DNA of 52,570 bases. It comes from Burkholderiales bacterium. GTDB taxonomy: Bacteria; Pseudomonadota; Gammaproteobacteria; Burkholderiales; Casimicrobiaceae. Numbering within the stretch: the stretch's first letter is position 1; every line of letters starts with the position of its first letter. The notes under the pieces were generated by a model. That model made no database searches. It was not told the origin of the DNA and saw nothing but the letters and a program-made list of their open reading frames with translations. Both the position numbers and the translations under genes were made by a program. This document shows, one piece after another, positions 1 to 8,996 of this stretch. The stretch covers positions 1 to 52,570 of the forward strand of contig JAYSUK010000052.1 in the NCBI GenBank assembly GCA_043719085.1. Reading direction: 5' to 3'.

Positions 1-1
1 G

Positions 2-91
2 GCGGCCGAGAGCTATTTGCAATGGCGTGGCTTGCTGCCTCACGCCGCACCGATCATCGCGCTGCTGCGCGCTGAGCTGGCCGCTAGCTAG
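2..91 (+). CDS. aroE: 3' end of probable shikimate dehydrogenase (partial, runs off window)
   Basis: Frame from base 2 reads AAESYLQWRGLLPHAAPIIALLRAELAAS*, resembling the AroE C-terminus (QAAESF.LWRG..P); aroE-mtgA adjacency is common in Betaproteobacteria. Confidence 0.65.
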   Translation, partial: AAESYLQWRGLLPHAAPIIALLRAELAAS

Positions 92-94
92 CCG

Positions 95-796
95 ATGGCA
101 AAACTCATCGGGCGCATGGCGGCTGCCGTGCTGCTCTCTGCAGCATTGTTGTTTGTCGCTGCGCAAATTATGTTCGCTGCGCTTATTTGGTGGTACGGCT
201 CGCATGCACCACGAAGCACGTCGTTCATGTCATACCGCATGGGCGAATTGCATGAAAAGAAGCCCGACCTGCAGATTCGATACACCTGGGTGCCGTACGA
301 AAAAATATCGCGCAACCTGAAGCGTGCGCTGATCGCGTCGGAGGACTCAACGTTCGTCGATCACGAAGGTTTTGACTGGGACGGCATCCAGCTTGCGATC
401 GAAAAAAATCGCGCCAAAGGCAAGACGGTGGCGGGCGGATCAACCATCACCCAGCAGCTCGCGAAAAACCTTTTTCTGTCGCCAGAAAAAAACTATTTAC
501 GCAAAGGGCAAGAGGCGATCATCACCTTGATGCTCGAAAACATGCTCGACAAAGAGCGCATTCTTGAGTTGTATTTGAACGTGATTGAATGGGGCAACGG
601 CATCTTCGGCGCGGAGGCTGCGGCGCGGCGCTACTACAACGTCTCCGCTGCACAATTGTCAGCCGAACAAGCCGCAAAACTCGCCGCCATGGCACCCAAC
701 CCGCGCTTTTATGAGCGCAATTTGAACGCGCCAGGACTGCGCCGCAAAACAGGCATCATCCTGTCGCGTATGCCGCAGGTGGAGTTGCCGGATTGA
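95..796 (+). CDS. mtgA: Monofunctional peptidoglycan transglycosylase (GT51)
   Basis: N-terminal TM helix; GT51 motifs ASEDSTFVDHEGFD, GGSTITQQLAKNLFL, RKGQE, KERILELYLN. Confidence 0.95.
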   Translation: MAKLIGRMAAAVLLSAALLFVAAQIMFAALIWWYGSHAPRSTSFMSYRMGELHEKKPDLQIRYTWVPYEKISRNLKRALIASEDSTFVDHEGFDWDGIQLAIEKNRAKGKTVAGGSTITQQLAKNLFLSPEKNYLRKGQEAIITLMLENMLDKERILELYLNVIEWGNGIFGAEAAARRYYNVSAAQLSAEQAAKLAAMAPNPRFYERNLNAPGLRRKTGIILSRMPQVELPD

Positions 797-841
797 TGTA
801 CTGATCGCCGCACGTTACGGCGTTGCATCAGTCACGCCGGT

Positions 842-1177
842 TCAGCAAAACACGACGCCTTCATCCGCCCATCCAGCGCGTTGCATTTTCACGCGTGTAG
901 CGTCGCTCACCACGTAGCGATGATTGCCGTTGTTGGTCGCCTCGCGGTCGTTAAACAGACGATAGACCGGATTAGGCGCGGTGGCGGGGCAGGCCGCCTT
1001 GCTAGGTTTGATCGCCGCGAAGTCGAAGCCTTCAAAGCGCAGCTGATGCACTGTGTTTAGCACGGGGCTGTCTTCGCCCATGCCGTAAAAATAGGTGTTG
1101 CTCCCGCTGCTTTCAGGCGCAGCGTAGAACAGGCAAACGGGAAGCTCTGGCACATCACGATACTCGCTGCGCTTCGC
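842..1177 (-). pseudogene. 5'-truncated remnant of a secreted protein with DUF5648-like C-terminal domain
   Basis: PVCLFY...VYRLFN...NHRYV...GWADEGVVFC matches the C-terminal domain of 18851..19927; similarity extends to about AKRSEYRDV (1177), an in-frame stop lies at 1199-1201, and there is no signal peptide. Confidence 0.6.
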
Positions 1178-1254
1178 TAAAAGCCCTTTTGACCGTCTCT
1201 ACCGCCGCATCGATCACTATCTCGGCCGAAACGCAAGCGCCCAACCCATACCGC

Positions 1255-1286
1255 TTGACCTTAGCCTTAGGTATAAGGTTTAGTAT
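1255..1286 (+). promoter_or_regulatory. MerR-type promoter with long spacer and operator dyad
   Basis: TTGACC (1255-1260), 20-bp spacer, TAGTAT (1281-1286); dyad ACCTTA-N10-TAAGGT (1258-1279) directly upstream of the MerR-family gene. Confidence 0.8.
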
Positions 1287-1307
1287 CGGTGCTTCTACAG
1301 AGAAAAG

Positions 1308-1724
1308 ATGTTGACCATAGGAAAGTTGGCGAACCAGACCGATCTAACCACTAACGCTTTGCGCTTTTACGAGCGAGAGGGTTTGCTGAGTCCGACGTCG
1401 AAAACGGCGTCTGGTTATCGCCTTTACGACGAAAATGCGCTCGCGCGCGTGAGGTTTATCCGGCAGGCGCAGCACTGTGGCTTCACGCTGGTTGAAGTCG
1501 ATGAGTTGCTGAGATTGCGGTCGAACGAAGCCTCGTGTTGCGACGACGTGCGCAAACTCGCAGTCGTAAAAAAGCTGCAACTGGAGGCGAAGATCAAGTC
1601 CATGCGGGCAATGTCCAAGGCGCTCGACGCCTTAATCATCGACTGTCCCGAAGGTGGCGCCCCCTTGGGCGACTGCCCAATTATCGGAGCGATGGAACAA
1701 ATTATGCAAGGAGCGAACGTTTGA
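1308..1724 (+). CDS. MerR-family heavy-metal-responsive regulator (ZntR/MerR-like, divalent type)
   Basis: TIGKLA...LRFYEREGLL...SGYRLY HTH; Cys77/78, Cys113 and Cys123 (CPII) metal ligands. Confidence 0.9.
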   Translation: MLTIGKLANQTDLTTNALRFYEREGLLSPTSKTASGYRLYDENALARVRFIRQAQHCGFTLVEVDELLRLRSNEASCCDDVRKLAVVKKLQLEAKIKSMRAMSKALDALIIDCPEGGAPLGDCPIIGAMEQIMQGANV

Positions 1725-1990
1725 AGGTAGAGCTTTTCCAAAGTGCAGGCTGCAAGCGCTGCGCAGTTGCGCGCGATGAGTTGAAAGCGCTCGCGGAGCG
1801 CACGGTTCCCGGCGTGGAGTGGCGGATTGTCGACGCGGCCGCTGAGCTCGACTATGCCGTAGCGGTGGGGGTCATGAGCCTTCCAGCGGTGGCAGTTGAC
1901 GGTCAGCTTGTATTCTCGTCACTGCCTACCAGCGACCAGTTATCACGCGAGTTGCTGCGAAGATCCCAAGTGGGCGGCCATGGACGCTAA
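1721..1990 (+). CDS. Small thioredoxin/glutaredoxin-fold protein (CKRC)
   Basis: TTG start overlaps the merR stop (TTGA); KVELFQSAGCKRC...GVMSLPAVAVDG cis-Pro motif. Confidence 0.8.
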   Translation: MKVELFQSAGCKRCAVARDELKALAERTVPGVEWRIVDAAAELDYAVAVGVMSLPAVAVDGQLVFSSLPTSDQLSRELLRRSQVGGHGR

Positions 1991-2675
1991 CTCGCTTACG
2001 CTCGCCGTTCAGCAGTCGCAGTACGCAGCCGTAGGCGTGGCATTTCTCGCGGGACTTTTGTTCAGTGTGAACCCCGTGGCCATCGCGGCCATTCCCGTGT
2101 CGCTTGCTTACGTAACCCGCGCGCGCGAACGCCCCACCGCCTTGCGTTTCGGGGCCATGTTCATATTGGGTTTGATCTTTACCCATGTCGTTCTCGGCGT
2201 GGTGGCCGGCTTCGGCGGCGTGTTTGTCAAGCAGCTTCTCGGCCGGTATTGGGGTGTAGTTTTGGGGCCAGTGCTAATTCTGATGGGCCTGCTTTGGCCG
2301 GGATGGATCAAACTTCCATTACCGGCGGCGTCGTTTCGCGCCAAAAGAGCGACCGGCGCGTGGGGTGCATTTGCGCTCGGCATACCTTTTTCGGTTGCGA
2401 TTTGCCCGTTTTGCACCCCGGCTCTCCTTGCCTTGCTCGGCGTCGTTACTGCTCTGGGCGCGCCAGTATTAGGGGCTGTGATTCTTCTGGCATTCGCTCT
2501 GGGCCGTGCGGTCCCTATTGCGCTTGGCGCGTGGGGCATGGGGTGGCTTGAAACCTTAAAGCCACTCGCGCCCTTTCAGCGAGCTTTCGACATCATCGGC
2601 GGCGTTTTGCTGGTGCTGGCGGGGCTCTACATGTTGAACGCCTATTTCTTCTTCATCCCCGAGCTTGCGGGTTGA
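1980..2675 (+). CDS. CcdA/DsbD-TM-like membrane protein
   Basis: About 6 TM segments; AGLLFSVNPVAIAAIP (CcdA SPC motif with Cys replaced by Val); CPFCTP; FALGRAVP; ATG overlaps upstream gene. Confidence 0.8.
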   Translation: MDANSLTLAVQQSQYAAVGVAFLAGLLFSVNPVAIAAIPVSLAYVTRARERPTALRFGAMFILGLIFTHVVLGVVAGFGGVFVKQLLGRYWGVVLGPVLILMGLLWPGWIKLPLPAASFRAKRATGAWGAFALGIPFSVAICPFCTPALLALLGVVTALGAPVLGAVILLAFALGRAVPIALGAWGMGWLETLKPLAPFQRAFDIIGGVLLVLAGLYMLNAYFFFIPELAG

Positions 2676-2684
2676 CGCGACAAA

Positions 2685-2867
2685 ATGACGTTAGAGGACG
2701 AAATTACTTGCGCGTTCGCCCGCGCCTGCGCCGACCGTGATCTAGAGGTCGCTGAGTTTCTGTTGCAAGCCCTCGAAGCCATCGCGCACAGAGAGGGTGG
2801 CGACGAGCTCACGGAAGGGGCGCTCGACGCCATGCTCCACATACGTTCGATTAACGGAGTCCACTAG
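2685..2867 (+). CDS. Small acidic hypothetical protein
   Basis: ATG 9 bp after previous stop, 60 aa, helical-looking (AFARAC.D.DLEVAEFLLQALEAIA). Confidence 0.55.
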   Translation: MTLEDEITCAFARACADRDLEVAEFLLQALEAIAHREGGDELTEGALDAMLHIRSINGVH

Positions 2868-2965
2868 TAGAGCGAGCATCCGCTTGTGCGAATGACTGGA
2901 CGCCCTTGCATGCCACAATCAGAATGCAAACGTTGCATTGCACGATTGGCCGACGATCAAGAGCA

Positions 2966-3413
2966 TCAGATCGACCGCTGATTCACCCGTTTCGACAGCT
3001 CCACCGCGCTCTCTTTGCGTTCGCTGTAGCGATCCACCAGATACGGCGACACGTCGCGCGTGAGCAGCGTGAACTTCACCAGCTCTTCCATCACGTCAAC
3101 CACGCGGTCGTAGTACGCCGATGGCTTCATGCGGCCTGCTTCGTCGAATTCGGCGAATGCTTTGGCCAACGACGATTGATTGGGTAGGGTCAGCATGCGC
3201 ATCCACCGGTCCAGCACGCGCAACTGATTGACTGCGTTGAACGATTACGAGCGCCGCTGACTGGCATCACGGCGATGCGTTTTGCCTTGCGTGGGCCGGG
3301 TTGCGCCTTCGGCCAGCGGAATCCCGTTCGATTTGCGTTTTCATCAGGCCCGTCATCGCGCCGTGGCACTCCGGCGACGACCAGACCATCCCTTCGGCCC
3401 ACATGACCAATCG
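2966..3413 (-). pseudogene. arsH: arsH C-terminal part, frameshifted
   Basis: LVMWAEGMVWSSPECHGAMTGLMKTQI / RPTQGKT / [24 protein letters not shown]...[16 protein letters not shown]...[10 protein letters not shown], spread over different frames. Confidence 0.9.
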
Positions 3414-3415
3414 CC

Positions 3416-3476
3416 ACATCGGTTGCGCATGAGAGGCGACAGGGGCGAGTGTGTCAGTTGCAAATCACTGGTGACA
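3416..3476. mobile_element. IS21-like terminal relic
   Basis: GTGTCAGTTGCAAATCACTGGTGACA (3451-3476) matches the end at 8700-8724; it lies just inside the arsH break. Confidence 0.5.
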
Positions 3477-3503
3477 GTGTCAACGGAGAAGGTAGCGCTC
3501 AAT

Positions 3504-4457
3504 CTACTGGTAGCGCGTCAACCGTGCGGTTTCTGACGGACTCTCGCCAAAATAGTCCTTGTACAGCACCGCAAAGCGTCCCAGATGCCAAAAACCATGG
3601 CTCATCGCCACCTCGGTAACACTCGCCGTTTGGACGAGCAATGCGCGACGTGCTGCGGCGAGACGGTGCAGCGCAAGCAGACGCTGGGGCGGCACGCCAT
3701 AGGTTTGGTGAAAAGCGCGCTCCAATTGCCAGATGGGAATATCCATTGCCTGACATAGGGCATCCATGCGCAGTGGTGTCTCACTGCAGCCCTCGCTCCA
3801 CTGGTGCACGGCTTGCACCATGCGCTGGCGGGCAGCGTTGGCCGTTACCGCACTGGCCGTGGGCCGGCACCAGCGGCGTGCGAGTTCGGCCCAAACCACT
3901 TGAAGCAGTTGCTCGTGAGCCTGTTCACTTTGTGCGACGGTGGGCGTGTGCAGACGCTGCGGCCCCAGGATATTAACCAGCGCGTTCAGCGTCTGTGAGG
4001 CGTCTGGTGGCAGCACGCCCGGAAGGTGAAGGCTGGTGGTAGCGCCGGGGAGACGAAAGCCCAGGCAATCCAGACGAAGGCGTGGAATTTGCACGCCCAA
4101 CCACTGCGCCTTCGGTGGAAGACTGATGCACATTTCACTGCCCTGCCCATACAGCACCATGTCACCATTGCGCAGCTCTTGTCCCTGGACACGCCACGCA
4201 CCATTGCCACAAAGGAAGATGCCCACCGAAAGCCATTCGGATGACAGGTCACCCTTGGCTAGCAGCGCCAGGTTGTAGCGCCCCCAATCGGTCCGGCACT
4301 GGCTGCTGACGGTGTGCGCAATTTGCCCGTTAAAGCGGCCTTTTTCAAGCTGCACATGCTCCAAGCACCCCTCCTGCAAGGCCAATACCATGGCCCGCGG
4401 ATCGAACGCACTAAGTTGGGTAATAGAACCGGCGGAGACCGGCGCGACAGAAGGCAT
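3504..4457 (-). CDS. AraC-family transcriptional regulator (EutR-like)
   Basis: C-terminal double HTH LERAFHQTYGVPP...SVTEVAMSHGFWHLGRFAVLYKDYFGESPSET; start position uncertain. Confidence 0.88.
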   Translation of the reverse strand: MPSVAPVSAGSITQLSAFDPRAMVLALQEGCLEHVQLEKGRFNGQIAHTVSSQCRTDWGRYNLALLAKGDLSSEWLSVGIFLCGNGAWRVQGQELRNGDMVLYGQGSEMCISLPPKAQWLGVQIPRLRLDCLGFRLPGATTSLHLPGVLPPDASQTLNALVNILGPQRLHTPTVAQSEQAHEQLLQVVWAELARRWCRPTASAVTANAARQRMVQAVHQWSEGCSETPLRMDALCQAMDIPIWQLERAFHQTYGVPPQRLLALHRLAAARRALLVQTASVTEVAMSHGFWHLGRFAVLYKDYFGESPSETARLTRYQ

Positions 4458-4548
4458 GATGCCGGATGCTAGTAGTTGTACGCGCCTTGTCAATTGGCAC
4501 GGGCCTGTGCGCTGCACCACCCACGAGTAACTCCTGGCCGTTGATTAC

Positions 4549-5105
4549 CGGGTTTGCGGGAATCCAGCGTCTGAGCCTCTCCGGCAGCTCGATGGGGGGC
4601 CAGATCGCGTTGACCTACGCGGCGCTTCACCGCGCAGAGGTCAAGCGTCTCTGGCTGCTCGATTCCACCGGGGAGTGGTCGGCACCTGAGAGCGAGCTGT
4701 GCAAAATCATCGGGCAGACCGGGAAAAATCCGCTAATGGCCAGGAGCGAGGACGATTTCGCAGGCATCTTTGCGTTCGTGATGAGCGATCCGCCTTCATC
4801 CCCAGGCCCATACTCAATGTGATGGCGTGGGAGCGTATTCAGAACTTCGCTTTGGAGGAGCGCATTTTCAAACAGCTGGCAGCCGACTCCGCTGAAGCGC
4901 GCATCCCCGGCCTGGCCACACCGACGTTGATTGTGTGGGGGAACAAGACTGCGCGATCCATGTCGCAAGCGCTGACGTCCTGCACAAATTGATGCCGAAT
5001 TCACAGGTCGTCCTCATGCCGTGCATTGGCCATTTGCCAATGCACGAGCGGCCCCAGCAGAGCGCGCAAGACTACTTGCGGTTTCGAGCTGCCTTGCCCC
5101 ATTGA
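4549..5105 (+). pseudogene. Alpha/beta-hydrolase (lipase/esterase) remnant, 5'-truncated with two frameshifts
   Basis: GSSMGG nucleophile elbow, PTLIVWG, IGHLPMHERP found in three successive frames. Confidence 0.8.
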
Positions 5106-5179
5106 ATCCGACAGAACAAACGGGGCAGCTTATTTCTCGCGACATCCTAAGGGTAATCCCCGGAAATTGAACGCTGGGT

Positions 5180-5197
5180 TTGCAGAAATCTGGATAG
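5180..5197 (+). promoter_or_regulatory. Possible AraC/XylS-type activator site
   Basis: TTGCAGAAATCTGGATAG resembles the XylS submotif pair TGCA...GGATA (spacer 1 bp longer); upstream of the GMC gene. Confidence 0.3.
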
Positions 5198-5259
5198 CAC
5201 CATTGCGTTTGCTTTTCTAGACTCACCTTGTTCTAACGAAAACCGTCGGGGAGACAAAG

Positions 5260-6870
5260 ATGAGCTTAGAGTTTGACTACATCGTGGTGGGCGCTGGATC
5301 TGCGGGGTGCGTAGTGGCCTCGCGCCTGAGCGAAGACTCCACGGTGAATGTCTGCCTGCTGGAAGCGGGCGGCCCTGACAACAGCGTTTTTATCCACGCT
5401 CCCGCCGGGGTGGTGGCGATGTTGCCGATTCCTTTTAAAAACTGGGCCTTCAAAACCGTTCCACAGCAAGGCCTGAATGGTCGGCAGGGCTACCAGCCGC
5501 GAGGCAAGGTGCTGGGCGGATCCAGCTCGACCAATGCCATGCTGTATGTGCGCGGCAACCGCTGGGACTACGACCATTGGGCCGGGCTTGGTAATACGGG
5601 GTGGTCATACGACGAAGTGCTGCCCTATTTCAAGCGAGCGGAGCACAACGAAACCCATCCTGCAGGTGAGTATCACGGCTCCGGTGGCCCGCTGAACGTG
5701 GCGGAAATGCGCAGCCCCAGCCCGATTAACCAGGCCTTTTTGCAGGCCGCCGCATTGAACGGAATCCCCCACAACCCCGATTACAACGGCGCGGAGCAAT
5801 TTGGCTCTTTCATGTACCAGGTAACGCACAAAAACGGAGAGCGCTGGAGTGCCGCCAAAGGCTATGTCACCCCCCATCTGTCGCGCCCCAATTTGACGGT
5901 GAAGACCGCCACCACGACCGCCAGGGTCTTGTTTGAAGGCACGCGGGCCGTTGGCGTTAGCGTGTTCGAGGGCGGCCAGCTCAAGGAACTGCGAGCCCGC
6001 CGCGAAGTGATTGTGTCCGCCGGGGCGTTTGGCTCGCCGCAGTTGCTCATGCTGTCGGGTGTGGGGCCCACCGCCGAGTTGCAACGGCACGGCATCAAGG
6101 TCGTGCATGCGCTCGAAGGCGTAGGGAAAAACTTGCAAGACCACATCGACCATGTGCAGACCTGGCGCACACGCAGCGACTCGCCCACCTTTGGCGTTTC
6201 TGCGACCGGTACGGTCAAGCTTACCAAAGCGATTTTCGAATGGCGGAATAAACGCACCGGGATGATCTCCAGCAGTATTGCCGAGTCGGGCGCCTTTTTT
6301 CGCTCGTCGCCGGATGTCAAAGTGCCAGACTTGCAGCTGGTGTTTGTGCTGGGCATTGTGGACGACCATAGTCGCAAGCTGCACCTGGGCCACGGCGTTT
6401 CCTGCCATGTGGACGTGCTGCGGCCCTACAGCCGCGGCAGCGTAACGTTGGTCAGCACCGACCCGAGTGCAGCGCCGCTGATTGACCCGAATTTTTTAAA
6501 TGATGAACGTGACCTCGACCTGCTGGTAAAGGGCGTACAGATTCAGCAAGCCATCATGGAGTCCAGGCCTTTCGATGGCATTCGCGGCAAGATGCTCTAC
6601 CACGTCGATCGCAACGACCGCAACGCGATCATTGGCGACATTCGCAATCGTGCCGACACGCAATACCACCCGGTGGGGACTTGCAAAATGGGCACGGCCA
6701 GCGATCCCATGGCGGTGGTGGACGAGCAGCTGCGCGTGCGTGGCCTGCAAGGCCTGCGCGTTGTCGATGCGTCTATCATGCCCACCGTGTGCGGCGGCAA
6801 CACCAACGCGCCCACCATTATGATCGGCGAAAAGGCAGCAGACATGATCCGTAAAGAGCTACAGCAATGA
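5260..6870 (+). CDS. GMC-family FAD oxidoreductase (AlkJ/BetA-like alcohol dehydrogenase)
   Basis: DYIVVGAGSAG, RGKVLGGSSSTNAM, GVGKNLQDH, YHPVGTCKMG, GNTNAPTIMIGEK. Confidence 0.93.
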   Translation: MSLEFDYIVVGAGSAGCVVASRLSEDSTVNVCLLEAGGPDNSVFIHAPAGVVAMLPIPFKNWAFKTVPQQGLNGRQGYQPRGKVLGGSSSTNAMLYVRGNRWDYDHWAGLGNTGWSYDEVLPYFKRAEHNETHPAGEYHGSGGPLNVAEMRSPSPINQAFLQAAALNGIPHNPDYNGAEQFGSFMYQVTHKNGERWSAAKGYVTPHLSRPNLTVKTATTTARVLFEGTRAVGVSVFEGGQLKELRARREVIVSAGAFGSPQLLMLSGVGPTAELQRHGIKVVHALEGVGKNLQDHIDHVQTWRTRSDSPTFGVSATGTVKLTKAIFEWRNKRTGMISSSIAESGAFFRSSPDVKVPDLQLVFVLGIVDDHSRKLHLGHGVSCHVDVLRPYSRGSVTLVSTDPSAAPLIDPNFLNDERDLDLLVKGVQIQQAIMESRPFDGIRGKMLYHVDRNDRNAIIGDIRNRADTQYHPVGTCKMGTASDPMAVVDEQLRVRGLQGLRVVDASIMPTVCGGNTNAPTIMIGEKAADMIRKELQQ

Positions 6871-8612
6871 AAACCATGCAACCAACACCTTCTCTACCGC
6901 AAGTGCAGGTCGACCTGGACCGTGACCTCCAACAACTGGCGAGCAACCGCACCCGCTGGATACAAACCACGATTGCCGAGCGCATTGCGATCCTGAACGA
7001 AATCAAGGACGCACTGCTGCCCGTGTCACAGGCTTGGGCGGAAACGGCTTCTCGCAAAAAAGGTATTGCAGTGGGCTCGTCTCTAGAGGGCGAGGAATGG
7101 TTATCCGGGCCCTACACGGTGATGGCTTATTGCAACCAGATGATGGCCACCCTGTCGCAAGTTGAGGGCAAGCGCCACCTCGACCCTGTGCCGATACGCA
7201 CACTGCCCAGTGGCCAGATTGCTGCGCGGGTGATTCCCCACTCGCTGTGGGATCACCTGCTGCTTAGCGGCGTGAAGGTGGATGTGTGGATGCAGCCCGA
7301 GGTGACGCTCGCCAACCTGAAACAGCACACCGCAGCGATCTACGATACGGCCAGCCCGGCGCACAAAAGCGGCAAGCTTGGCCTGGTGCTCGGCGCGGGC
7401 AACGTCGCGGGCATCGCACCACTGGATGTATTCCACAAGCTGTTTGCCGAAAACGAAGTGGTGATGCTGAAGCTGAATCCGGTCAATGACTACCTGATTG
7501 ACTTTCTCACGCCCGCGCTTAAACCCCTCATTGACCGGGGGTTTTTGCGGGTCGTGCGTGGCGGCACCGATGTGGGGCAGTATCTTTGCAACCATGCACT
7601 GGTCGAATCCATCCACATCACCGGTGCCGGTGCATCGCACGACGCCATCGTGTGGGGCGTGGGTGCTGAGGGTGTGGCCAATAAGGCGGCCAACACGCCC
7701 CAAAACACCCGCCACATCACCTCTGAGCTAGGCGCTGTGTGCCCCACCATCGTGGTGCCCGGCCCCTGGTCTGCGGCGGACATCCGCTTTCAGGCCGAAC
7801 AGGTAGCCACACAAAAGCTGCACAACTCCGGCTTCAACTGTGTGGCGTGCCAGGTGTTGGTGGTACCCAAAGACTGGGACCAGAAGAGCAAATTTCTAGC
7901 CGCGCTGGAAAACGTGCTGGCCAGCTCCGAGCCCCGCGATCTCTACTACCCCGGTGCCCGCGACCGGTTGGCCGACTTCTGCATGAACAATCCTCAAGTC
8001 AAAGCGGTCAAACGCCCCGGCGCACAGGATGTGATCATGGCTACGCTGGACAGCGGCGGCCCCGCCAGTGCCCGCAGCACGGAAGTGTTTGCACCCGCCA
8101 TGAGCGTGACAGAAATCAGCGGTAGCGACCCGGAGGCCTTCCTCAAGGAGGCGATCCGCTTTGCCAACGACCAGCTATACGGCACGCTGGGAGCCAACAT
8201 CGTGATTCACCCTGCCACCATTGCCCGCATCGGCCGCGAACGGCTGGAAGCCCTCTTGAGCGAGCTGCATTACGGCACGATTGCCATCAATGCCTGGACC
8301 GGACTGGGCTTTTTGTCACCACAAGCCACCTGGGGCGCGTTCCCCGGTCATACTCTGGCCGATGTGCAAAGTGGCATAGGTTTCGTGCACAACACCTGTT
8401 TGTTCGACAAACCACAACGAACCGTGGTGGAAGCACCGTTCCGTCCGTTCCCGCGCAATCTGCTGAGCCTGTCCTTCACTTTGTTGCCACGCCCACCTTG
8501 GTTCATCACCAATCGCAAGGGCCGCATACTGGGCCGGCTGTTAGTGGCGTTTCAGTACCGCCCCAGCCTGTTGAAGATACCTCGAATCTTCTTGAATGCG
8601 CTTCTGGGTTGA
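6867..8612 (+). CDS. Aldehyde dehydrogenase family protein
   Basis: LKLNPVN, HITGA, catalytic Glu in TSELG, catalytic Cys in GFNCVAC, EVFAP; ATGA overlap with GMC gene. Confidence 0.88.
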   Translation: MKTMQPTPSLPQVQVDLDRDLQQLASNRTRWIQTTIAERIAILNEIKDALLPVSQAWAETASRKKGIAVGSSLEGEEWLSGPYTVMAYCNQMMATLSQVEGKRHLDPVPIRTLPSGQIAARVIPHSLWDHLLLSGVKVDVWMQPEVTLANLKQHTAAIYDTASPAHKSGKLGLVLGAGNVAGIAPLDVFHKLFAENEVVMLKLNPVNDYLIDFLTPALKPLIDRGFLRVVRGGTDVGQYLCNHALVESIHITGAGASHDAIVWGVGAEGVANKAANTPQNTRHITSELGAVCPTIVVPGPWSAADIRFQAEQVATQKLHNSGFNCVACQVLVVPKDWDQKSKFLAALENVLASSEPRDLYYPGARDRLADFCMNNPQVKAVKRPGAQDVIMATLDSGGPASARSTEVFAPAMSVTEISGSDPEAFLKEAIRFANDQLYGTLGANIVIHPATIARIGRERLEALLSELHYGTIAINAWTGLGFLSPQATWGAFPGHTLADVQSGIGFVHNTCLFDKPQRTVVEAPFRPFPRNLLSLSFTLLPRPPWFITNRKGRILGRLLVAFQYRPSLLKIPRIFLNALLG

Positions 8613-8724
8613 ATCCGCCTCCGCTTTGCTCGTAGACGCCACTCCAACAGGCAGCCTGCCGCTCACAATGCGGCTGTGTCAGTTTCAAGTCGCTGCGGCG
8701 TGTCAATTACATTCGCTGGTGACA
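8613..8724. mobile_element. IS21-like terminal relic abutting the arsH break
   Basis: Minus strand begins TGTCACCAGCGAATGTAATTGACACGCCGCAGCGACTTGAAACTGACAC; two related motifs 24 bp apart (8677, 8701); the terminal TG directly follows arsH codons ..AMGAE. Confidence 0.55.
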
Positions 8725-8955
8725 TTCGGCACCCATCGCCTGCAATAAGCGCGTGGCCTGCTTGAATGGCAGGCGGCCGAACGAGCGTTCGCGCAACGAG
8801 CCGTAAAACTGCGGAATTCTGACCGCGTGAGTGGAGTGCGTTTGATTTTGCAGCGCGCAGTGCGTGGGCACCAAAAACGGTTCACGCGTCACATTGGAAA
8901 GATCGGGCAGCGCGTCTAGTGACGAATTCATGACGTCGGTCATTGGAACTGTCAT
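8725..8955 (-). pseudogene. arsH: arsH N-terminal part
   Basis: H.VRIPQFYGSLRERSFGRL...RLLQAMGAE, a decayed match to ArsH RILLLYGSLRERSFSRL...RLL.AMGAE; divergent from arsR. Confidence 0.85.
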
Positions 8956-8972
8956 CGCTTTGCAATAGTTCG

Positions 8973-8996
8973 ATGATTCAATAATAATTGAATCAT
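8973..8996. promoter_or_regulatory. ArsR operator palindrome
   Basis: Perfect ATGATTCAAT-aata-ATTGAATCAT overlapping the arsR start, between divergent arsH and arsR. Confidence 0.75.
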
